Shown: one piece after another, positions 57,167-64,000 of the stretch | Position numbering within the stretch: the stretch's first letter is position 1 | Layout: the number at the start of each line of letters is the position of its first letter | NCBI GenBank assembly: GCA_965216755.1 | Contig: CBDCGL010000011.1 | Location: forward strand, 3,626,963-3,690,962 | DNA from: Alphaproteobacteria bacterium | GTDB taxonomy: Bacteria; Pseudomonadota; Alphaproteobacteria; UBA7887 | Direction of reading: 5' to 3' | Length of the DNA stretch: 64,000 nucleotides | The notes under the pieces: model-generated | Seen by the model: the letters and a program-made list of their open reading frames with translations, nothing else | What the model was told of the DNA's origin: nothing | Databases searched by the model: none | Made by a program: the position numbers and the translations under genes

Positions 57167-57876
57167 TCCCATCCGCGGTCAAGGCGCTTACGTTCGACGT
57201 GTTTGGCACGGTCGTTGATTGGCGCAGTTCGATCATTCGCGAAGGGGCGGCGTTCAATGAACGTCACAACACCGGGGTGGATTGGACCGCCTTTGCCGAT
57301 GCCTGGCGCGGCATGTACCAGCCGGCCATGGAAGAAGTGCGCGCCGGTCGCGCGCCATGGGCCAATCTGGATCACTTGCACCGCCAAAGCCTGGACCAGC
57401 TTTTGCCGCAATTCGATCTGGACCATCTGGATGAAGTGTCGCGCGATCAACTTAATCGCGTCTGGCATCGGCTGGATCCGTGGCCGGATTCGGTCGCCGG
57501 GCTGTCCCGCCTGAAGCGCGATTTCGTGTTGGCGACATTGTCCAACGGCAATGTCGCGCTGCTGGTCAATATGGCAAAACGGGCCGGCTTGCCTTGGGAC
57601 GCGGTGCTGGGCGCCGAAGTGGCCGGCCACTATAAGCCGCAACCGGAGGCGTATCTCAAAACGGCCGCGTTCCTCGGATTGCCACCGACGAACGTGATGC
57701 TGGTCGCCGCTCACAATGGTGACTTGGCGGCGGCTGCCGCATTGGGTTTTCGCACCGGCTTCATTTATCGTCCGACCGAATATGGGCCCGATCAAACAAC
57801 CGATCTGGCGCCGACCGGCGATTGGGACGTGGTTGCCGACGATCTTGTCGATCTTGCGGAAAAGCTTGGTTGCTAA
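57163..57876 (+). CDS. haloacid dehalogenase type II (L-2-haloacid dehalogenase-like HAD)
   Basis: LTFDVFGTVVDW (DxxGT-type nucleophile motif), LSNGN, HYKPQPEAY, AAHNGDL. The ATG overlaps the coxL-like stop. Confidence 0.8.
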   Translation: MIPSAVKALTFDVFGTVVDWRSSIIREGAAFNERHNTGVDWTAFADAWRGMYQPAMEEVRAGRAPWANLDHLHRQSLDQLLPQFDLDHLDEVSRDQLNRVWHRLDPWPDSVAGLSRLKRDFVLATLSNGNVALLVNMAKRAGLPWDAVLGAEVAGHYKPQPEAYLKTAAFLGLPPTNVMLVAAHNGDLAAAAALGFRTGFIYRPTEYGPDQTTDLAPTGDWDVVADDLVDLAEKLGC

Positions 57877-57879
57877 GCG

Positions 57880-58773
57880 ATGACGATTCCGTTCCGGCGC
57901 GATCTGGCCTTTGCATATGGCGCGGTTGCCCAGGTCACACCCTTGATACGGCGGGTGGTGGCGCGCAACCCAAGCCCGTTCACTTTTCATGGCACGGGCA
58001 CCTATATCGTTGGCCGAGGCGATGTCGCGATCATCGATCCGGGCCCGGATAACGACGCCCATACCGCGGCATTATTGGATGCGGTGGCAGGCGAAACCGT
58101 GACCCACATCTTGGTCACCCACACCCATATCGACCATTCACCGGCGACGGCGGCAATCAAGGTCGCGACCGGCGCGCCGTCCTATGGGTTCGGCCCACAC
58201 GGCACCGGCCCGGGGGGGCCGGACGTGGAAGAGGGCGCCGATTTCGGCTTTGTCCCGGATCACACATTGGCGCATGGCGATATGGTCACGAGCCGAGACT
58301 GGTCGATTGAGGCGGTCCATACACCGGGCCACACGTCGAACCATCTCTGTTTCGCGCTGGCCGAGGAGAACACGTTGTTTTCCGGCGATCATGTCATGGG
58401 ATGGTCGACCACGGTGGTGTCGCCGCCCGATGGCGACATGGCGGCCTATATGGCATCGCTGCGCCTGTTGCGCGGCCGTGGCGATACGCTCTATGTCCCG
58501 ACCCATGGCCCGACAATCCCCGACCCGGGGCCCTTTGTCGATGCGTTGATCCATCACCGACAGGAGCGCGAAAGCCAAATTCTGCGGTGCCTGGCGGACG
58601 GCATCGAGACGATCCCGGACATGGTTGAACGGCTTTACGCCGATGTGGATCGCCGCCTCCACGGAGCCGCCGGGTGCTCGGTTTTGGCCCATCTGATCCA
58701 TTTGGTCGAGACCGGCCGCGTGCAATGCGACGGTATTGCCGGGTCAAGCTCTGCCTATCGTCTGTTGCCCTGA
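57880..58773 (+). CDS. MBL-fold metallo-hydrolase
   Basis: THTHIDH metal motif and downstream HTPGHT. Confidence 0.85.
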   Translation: MTIPFRRDLAFAYGAVAQVTPLIRRVVARNPSPFTFHGTGTYIVGRGDVAIIDPGPDNDAHTAALLDAVAGETVTHILVTHTHIDHSPATAAIKVATGAPSYGFGPHGTGPGGPDVEEGADFGFVPDHTLAHGDMVTSRDWSIEAVHTPGHTSNHLCFALAEENTLFSGDHVMGWSTTVVSPPDGDMAAYMASLRLLRGRGDTLYVPTHGPTIPDPGPFVDALIHHRQERESQILRCLADGIETIPDMVERLYADVDRRLHGAAGCSVLAHLIHLVETGRVQCDGIAGSSSAYRLLP

Positions 58774-58792
58774 TTTGCCGGGTCGTTAGCGA

Positions 58793-59491
58793 CTAATCTT
58801 GTTCAAATGAGTCGCGGCCGCGCACCCTGTGGTAAAGCGGCACGTGGCGGCGCGTTCGCCCGACATCGTCCAACTTGACCAGGCCGGCGACCTCGGCCAG
58901 GACCTGAATGGTGATCTTGGGCAGCGGCAGTTGCAGGGCGTCATCGACGGGCACCCAATGAATGTGCTGCAGCTCGCCGTCACTACGGATCTCGCCGCGC
59001 AGGAGATCGGCATCGGCCATGAAGAACCGCGCATTAAAGCGCCGTGGCCGCTGGGGCGGCGTGATGGCGCGAAATATGTAGTCGAGTGCGTCCAGCGCCG
59101 GCGCCAAACCATGTGCCGCGAAGGCCGGCCAAGGGGCGGTTTGTCGCGCCAGCCCCTCCGTCGCGGCGGGTTTGCCGAGCAACAGGCCGGTTTCCTCGAA
59201 CGTCTCGCGGATCGCGGCGATGGCCAAGGCTCGCGCCCGCGGCGCCGTCGCCGACCGCCGCAAACACAAAGCCACATCGTCGCGCAGTTCGGTCGCGGCC
59301 GGGACCCGATGGTCATTGGGGTCGACGCGGCCGCCGGGAAACACATAGCGGTTGGGCATAAAGACATGACCGCTGTGGCGTTGCCCCAGCAATACCGAGG
59401 GGGTCGCGCCGTCACGTTTCACCAGAACCAGTGTCGCGGCGTCTTTGGGTCGTAGGGTTGCGCGATCCTGACGCGGCAATGAGGCATCCAT
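58793..59491 (-). CDS. NUDIX hydrolase
   Basis: FPGGRVD...AAIRETFEETGLLL Nudix box. Confidence 0.8.
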   Translation of the reverse strand: MDASLPRQDRATLRPKDAATLVLVKRDGATPSVLLGQRHSGHVFMPNRYVFPGGRVDPNDHRVPAATELRDDVALCLRRSATAPRARALAIAAIRETFEETGLLLGKPAATEGLARQTAPWPAFAAHGLAPALDALDYIFRAITPPQRPRRFNARFFMADADLLRGEIRSDGELQHIHWVPVDDALQLPLPKITIQVLAEVAGLVKLDDVGRTRRHVPLYHRVRGRDSFEQD

Positions 59492-59613
59492 GGCGGCAGT
59501 CTAGATGAGGTGCCCCCGGTTCGGATAGCCCGCTTGCAATTATCGCAGCTGTTCCTTTTTTTCCGCCATGGTTTGATGCCGCCGCACGCAATTCTCGCGC
59601 GAAGGGCAGTTCG

Positions 59614-60432
59614 ATGGCGACAATCAACACCGATCATGGCCGCATATGGTTCGAGAGTTTCGATATGACCGCACCATGGATCGACAATCCGGAAACGGTG
59701 GTTTTTCATCATGGCGTCGGCATCGACCATGGGATCTGGAGCCGCTGGTTGCCGCTCTTGGCGGATCGCTACCGGTTGGTGTGGTTCGACATGCTGGGGT
59801 TCGGTGCGTCGGAAATTCCGCCCGATAATTACGAATGGTCGATGGCGGCCCTGGCCGATTGCGCCCTGGCCGTGGCCGATGCCGTCGAGGCGCCACGCTT
59901 TCACTATGTCGGCGAGTCGCTGGGCGGCGCGCTTGGCTTTTATTTGGCCCTACACTATGCGGGGCGATTGTTCTCGATCACGCCCTGCGCGGCGCCGGCC
60001 CACGGTGCGGCGGTCGACTGGCTCCAGGAATGGCGCCAGTTCATTGCCGATAATGGCATGGCCGCCTGGTCGAAACGGATGATGGAGCGCCGCTTTCCGC
60101 CCGGTGTAATCAGTGCCGATTTGTGGGCATGGTTTGATGGCGTGCAGGCGGCATGCGCGCCCGAGTCGATCCTGGGTAGCGGTGAAATGCTGATCGGTGT
60201 CGACCTGCGCGCACAACTGCCGAATATTCGCACCCCGACATTGCTCATTACCGCCGATCGAAGCCCGTTTGTGACCGTCCCGATGTCGCTCGCGAACCGG
60301 GACTTGATACCGGATTCCGACCTGACCATCATGGCTGGTTCGCGCCACGGCGCGGTGTTTTCCCATGGGCCGGCCTGCGCGCGCGCGTTTCGCGCTTTCC
60401 TCGATCGCCGCGGCCCATTTGCGTTGGATTAG
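59614..60432 (+). CDS. alpha/beta hydrolase (3-oxoadipate enol-lactonase-like)
   Basis: VVFHHGVG and GESLGG nucleophile elbow, plus a C-terminal ...GSRHG... Confidence 0.8.
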   Translation: MATINTDHGRIWFESFDMTAPWIDNPETVVFHHGVGIDHGIWSRWLPLLADRYRLVWFDMLGFGASEIPPDNYEWSMAALADCALAVADAVEAPRFHYVGESLGGALGFYLALHYAGRLFSITPCAAPAHGAAVDWLQEWRQFIADNGMAAWSKRMMERRFPPGVISADLWAWFDGVQAACAPESILGSGEMLIGVDLRAQLPNIRTPTLLITADRSPFVTVPMSLANRDLIPDSDLTIMAGSRHGAVFSHGPACARAFRAFLDRRGPFALD

Positions 60433-60457
60433 GGGCGATTGGGCATCTCTCTATTTT

Positions 60458-60539
60458 GGTGACAGTTTACTAAATACACCATATGTTGGCGATGCTCATA
60501 GAGAAGCACCGTATGTGGTGTATTTAGTAAACTGTCACC
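60458..60539. repeat. AT-rich palindromic element copy 2 (MITE/REP-like), perfect 23-bp terminal inverted repeats
   Basis: GGTGACAGTTTACTAAATACACC-N36-GGTGTATTTAGTAAACTGTCACC, extended to 27 bp by flanking TTTT/AAAA. Lies between convergent genes. Confidence 0.85.
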
Positions 60540-60568
60540 AAAAGTCCAAAAGTCACCAAAAAATGTGA

Positions 60569-60898
60569 CTAGGCCGGCACCGCTACCCGTGCCTTGATAT
60601 CGTCGACATAGCGGCCGATGGCGTCGGCGCGCGCGCCCCAGGCGGGTTGCCCCATGGTTTGCATATCCATGCCCGCATCCAGGGCTTTTGCGCACGTGGC
60701 CATGGCGTCCTTATGGGCCGGATTGCTGTCAACGGCGCTGCGCAAGGCGTTCACGTGCGGCGACAAGCGTTGCCACGCTTCCGCCATAAGTTGCTCTCGC
60801 TGTGCGCCGCCGCGGGACAGCTTCATACGAAACCGGTGCAGTTCGTTGCCGACAATCGTGGCGTGACGACGGATTTCATGCTGAGAGATCGAGCTCAT
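60569..60898 (-). CDS. hypothetical helical protein (109 aa)
   Basis: Internal ATG at 60898 and a coherent charged/helical sequence. The upstream part of the ORF is Arg/Pro-rich and overlaps the neighbouring gene. Confidence 0.45.
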   Translation of the reverse strand: MSSISQHEIRRHATIVGNELHRFRMKLSRGGAQREQLMAEAWQRLSPHVNALRSAVDSNPAHKDAMATCAKALDAGMDMQTMGQPAWGARADAIGRYVDDIKARVAVPA

Positions 60899-61026
60899 GG
60901 GTTCCCGGTGCCTGCGAGTTGGAATGGGCCGAGCCGGTCGGCGGTCATCAAGGGAAATAAGCTCAAAAGCCGATCTGTAAAGACGTGTGGGCGGTGGCAC
61001 ATGCGACTCCGCCCGCACGGGGCCCG

Positions 61027-61842
61027 TCAATAGATCTTGCCAAAATCGCCATGGCGGCCGAGCCCATCCTTGAAACGGGTCGCACCGGCAATTCCTTCGG
61101 CTACCAGTGCCGGGCGGCCATTGTACCATTCCTGAATCAACGCATCGCGCATGTCCAAGCCATGGCTGCGGATCGCCGAGCGCCGGTCGGCGCGCGCGCA
61201 GACTTGTGGAAACCGGGCAATCTGATGGGCGATCTCTTCAGCGGCCTCACGGGCCGTGCCGTTCGCCACCACATATTCGCACAAGCCGATTCGCAAGCAT
61301 TCTTCCGCCGGCACCTTGCGGCCGGTCAAAATGATTTCCAGCGCGCGCCCTTGGCCGACCAGCCGGGGCAGGCGCACCGTGCCGCCATCGACCAGTGGGA
61401 CGCCCCAACGGCGACAGTAGACGCCGAGATAGGCATCTTCCTGCATCACGCGAAAGTCGCACCAGAGAGCCAATTCCATGCCGCCGGCGACCGCCGGGCC
61501 GGCAATCGCGGCGATGACCGGTTTGTCGAGCTCGAGGCGCGACGGCCCCATCGGCCCGCGCGGGATGTCGCCGCCATTGCCGCGCGCCTGCGCCGGTGGG
61601 ATATCGAGGTGGTCCAGCGGGCCGTCTTGATCGAGACTGCTGGCATATTTCAGATCGAAGCCGGCGCAAAAGGCGCCACCGGCGCCGTAAAAGACCGCAA
61701 CCGCGGCGTCGGGATCTGCATCGAAGGCCAAGAATGCATCGGTCAGGGCGTCCGCGCTGGCCGGATCCATCGCGTTGCGCGCCTCTGGCCGATCGTGAAC
61801 CACGGTCCAGACTTTGTCATGTTTGTCGATCGTCACTGTCAT
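61027..61842 (-). CDS. enoyl-CoA hydratase/isomerase (crotonase) family protein
   Basis: RPEARNAMD...VFYGAGGAFCAGFDLK oxyanion-hole motif. Start at the ATG at 61842. Confidence 0.85.
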   Translation of the reverse strand: MTVTIDKHDKVWTVVHDRPEARNAMDPASADALTDAFLAFDADPDAAVAVFYGAGGAFCAGFDLKYASSLDQDGPLDHLDIPPAQARGNGGDIPRGPMGPSRLELDKPVIAAIAGPAVAGGMELALWCDFRVMQEDAYLGVYCRRWGVPLVDGGTVRLPRLVGQGRALEIILTGRKVPAEECLRIGLCEYVVANGTAREAAEEIAHQIARFPQVCARADRRSAIRSHGLDMRDALIQEWYNGRPALVAEGIAGATRFKDGLGRHGDFGKIY

Positions 61843-61997
61843 CTTGGGGCTCCTGGTGAGCGGCCACAGAACCGTTTGCGCGCCATGCGCACGGGTCATG
61901 GCCTTGATCAAGTTGGGCGGGTCGGGAAAGATAACGCATGCCGGTCGCGCGCCTTGCACAAAGCGGCGCCCAACATCATCGAAAGGAGCCGCCTGCC

Positions 61998-62993
61998 ATG
62001 CGACACACGGTCTTTGCTTTGGCTGCATTGCTGGTCTTGACCGCCGCGTCGATCGCGCGGTCCGCGGATGCCGACGAGTTCGCCATCGAGGCACCGCCAC
62101 AAACTGTCGCCGCCGGCTCTATCGGTGGCTCTTGGTTTATTATTACGACGTCGTTTTTCGAGTTGTTCGCCAACCACATCGAGAATCTGCAATACACCAT
62201 CGTGCCCGGCGGCGCGATCTCCAACCCGATCGCGGTCGACCAAGGCATGGCGACCCTGGCCATGGGTTACACATCGATGCTGAAGGCCGCGCAAGACGGT
62301 GTGCATCCGTTTCAGAGCGCCATGCCGGATTTGCGCGGCATCGCCAATATCAATGCCGCGGGCGTCGTGCACGCGTTCGTTTTGGCCGACTCGGGGATCG
62401 AGGCGTGGGAAGACTTGGCGGCCAAATCCTATCCGCTCAAGGTCGATACTGGTCCCCGTGGCACCGGCGGCGAGCTGGCCGCGAGTCGGGCCCTGACGCT
62501 GGTTGGCGCCGGCTACGACGCATTGCGCGATTGGGGCGGATCCATCACCCATTCGTCGTATCGTGAGGCGACCGACCGCATGAAGGACGGTCACATCGAA
62601 GCGTTTATCAATGACGACATCATTGGCAATCCCACATTTGTCGATCTGGCCTTGGCGCGCGACGTCGTGTTGTTGCCAATGCAACAGACTATGATCGACG
62701 AGATGGTGGCGACACACGGTTACGTGCCCGCCGTCATCCCGGCCAACACCTATGAAGGTCAAACGGTGGACATACCGTCGACGGCGCAGCATTTCGTTTT
62801 CATGGGCCACAAGGACACACCGGACGATCTGGTCTATGCGATGACCAAACTAATTTTTGAGAACAAGGACCATCTGGTCGCCACGCATCAGATCTTCGCC
62901 GCGCTCGACGTTGCGGTCGGACCCCGGCATTTTCCGATCCCGTTGCATCCGGGGGCGGCGCGCTACTACCGCGAGGTCGGCGTGCTCGACTAG
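61998..62993 (+). CDS. TAXI-family TRAP transporter solute-binding subunit
   Basis: AAGGAG RBS and signal peptide, ...AAGSIGGSWFIITTSF..., and a C-terminal PLHPGAARYYRE typical of TAXI receptors. Confidence 0.85.
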   Translation: MRHTVFALAALLVLTAASIARSADADEFAIEAPPQTVAAGSIGGSWFIITTSFFELFANHIENLQYTIVPGGAISNPIAVDQGMATLAMGYTSMLKAAQDGVHPFQSAMPDLRGIANINAAGVVHAFVLADSGIEAWEDLAAKSYPLKVDTGPRGTGGELAASRALTLVGAGYDALRDWGGSITHSSYREATDRMKDGHIEAFINDDIIGNPTFVDLALARDVVLLPMQQTMIDEMVATHGYVPAVIPANTYEGQTVDIPSTAQHFVFMGHKDTPDDLVYAMTKLIFENKDHLVATHQIFAALDVAVGPRHFPIPLHPGAARYYREVGVLD

Positions 62994-63004
62994 GGCGCGG
63001 ACCC

Positions 63005-64000
63005 ATGGCGTCCGCGATTTCAGTCGGCGGTCAGCGCGATCTGCGGCGTTGGGCCGGCGTCGCTGTGCGTTGGTTTTGCGTCGCCATCATTGGCTATCAT
63101 TTGGCGGCGGCCCAATTCGGCGCGCCCGAGGTGCTCAAGTTCCGGCCCACGCACATGGCCATGTATGTCTGCCTGATCATGCTGGTCTATGGCCTGCGCG
63201 GGCGCGACGAACGCCATGTGCCGCCCTGGTGGGACTGGGTGTTGGCCGCCTCGGCGTGGGCGCCGGTGGCCTATATCTACGCCAACTATAGCTATGTGGT
63301 TGAGCGCTATCCGTACGTGACGCTTCTCAAGCCCGCGGATTGGGTGGTTGGCGTGCTCGCCATTTTGCTGGTCGTCGAAGCATGCCGTCGCGCGGTTGGC
63401 CTGACGCTGGTGCTGCTGCTGCTGTTCTTTGTTCTCCACGCGCTGTTCGGACCCTATTTTCCCGGACCGTTGGCGCAAGCGGCAGTGGCGCCAATGCGCC
63501 TGGTCGATCATCTGTTCATGACCACATCGGGTTTGTACGGATCGATCACCGGTATTTCCGCCACCTACGTGCTGATGTTCGTGTTGCTGGGGGCGATGCT
63601 GGAACAGGCCCGTGGCGGCGATCTATTCATGAACTTGGCCGCCGGGCTGATGGGCCGCGCACCGGGCGGGCCGGGCAAGGCGGCTGTATTGGCGAGCGGC
63701 TTGTTTGGTTCGATTTCCGGGGCGGCCGTCGCCAATGTCTACGCGACCGGCACGTTTACCATTCCACTGATGATCCGGACCGGGTTTCAGCGGCGATTCG
63801 CCGCCGCTGTCGAGGCGGTCGCGTCCGCGAGTGGCCAATTGGTGCCGCCGATTATGGGCTCGGCGGCGTTCCTGATCGCTGATTTTACCCGCACCCCCTA
63901 TCTGGACGTGGCCGCCGCCGCCGCCGTGCCGGCGTTGTTCTATCTTTTTGCCGTTTACGTGATGGTCCATTTGGAAGCAATGCGTTTCGACCTGCCGGCG
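63005..64000 (+). CDS. TRAP transporter fused permease (TAXI-associated DctQM type), 3' end beyond window
   Basis: Not in the ORF track because there is no stop. Translating from the ATG at 63005 gives an uninterrupted polytopic sequence (…LLLLFFVLHALFGPYFPGPL…LFGSISGAAVANVYATGTFTIPLM…) to base 64000. Confidence 0.8.
   Translation, partial: MASAISVGGQRDLRRWAGVAVRWFCVAIIGYHLAAAQFGAPEVLKFRPTHMAMYVCLIMLVYGLRGRDERHVPPWWDWVLAASAWAPVAYIYANYSYVVERYPYVTLLKPADWVVGVLAILLVVEACRRAVGLTLVLLLLFFVLHALFGPYFPGPLAQAAVAPMRLVDHLFMTTSGLYGSITGISATYVLMFVLLGAMLEQARGGDLFMNLAAGLMGRAPGGPGKAAVLASGLFGSISGAAVANVYATGTFTIPLMIRTGFQRRFAAAVEAVASASGQLVPPIMGSAAFLIADFTRTPYLDVAAAAAVPALFYLFAVYVMVHLEAMRFDLPA

Noticed and set aside
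43804-60539. CRISPR-like or tandem-repeat interpretation of the two palindromic elements
   Set aside because: There are only two copies, 16.6 kb apart, each an isolated inverted repeat. No array of direct repeats with spacers and no cas genes are present.
60985-62810. 351-aa plus-strand ORF opposite the enoyl-CoA hydratase and 300-aa minus-strand ORF opposite the TAXI receptor
   Set aside because: Shadow ORFs. The accepted genes show crotonase oxyanion-hole and TAXI motifs plus an AAGGAG RBS.

Overview
GC-rich, densely coded chromosomal segment that looks alphaproteobacterial: GcrA-like, CarD, RpoH, 7Fe ferredoxin FdxA, HtpG, AcnA, and TRAP/TAXI transporters are all present. I saw no rRNA, tRNA, CRISPR array, transposase or integrase. 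About 65 protein genes can be supported from the ORF track by recognisable motifs. Left to right: boxC/boxB (aerobic benzoyl-CoA pathway), a tungstate/molybdate-type ABC transporter, acnA, htpG, a Suv3-like helicase, fdxA-carD-rpoH housekeeping genes, and pip. A six-gene minus-strand phosphonate operon follows (PepM-nucleotidyltransferase fusion, phosphonopyruvate decarboxylase, HpnN-like RND/MMPL exporter, HpnL/UPF0104-like membrane protein, LicC-like nucleotidyltransferase, CDP-alcohol phosphatidyltransferase). Next comes a decaying cytochrome region (frameshifted cytochrome c, head-to-head P460 and OMP remnants). Then a DctP/TauD/enolase-superfamily/fluoroacetate-dehalogenase-like operon with LacI, SDR and PhyH neighbours. 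After that, two tandem paralogous secreted low-complexity proteins of unknown family sit behind a textbook sigma-54 promoter, followed by a TPP riboswitch in front of a ThiY/NMT1-like binding protein. The window ends with a ParA-like/RHH/EF-hand tail-anchored trio, a short GcrA, a DSD1 PLP enzyme, an orphan CoxL-like molybdoenzyme coupled to a haloacid dehalogenase, and a TAXI-TRAP transporter running off the edge. Two copies of an ~82-bp AT-rich palindromic (MITE/REP-like) element lie in convergent intergenic gaps. The most interesting candidates for undescribed biology are the sigma-54-driven paralog pair (47.2-49.9 kb), the aminotransferase-less phosphonate-lipid-type operon with hopanoid-type export genes (20.9-28.7 kb), and the orphan ParA module (51.2-52.8 kb). 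All family assignments come from reading motifs by eye; no database search was run.
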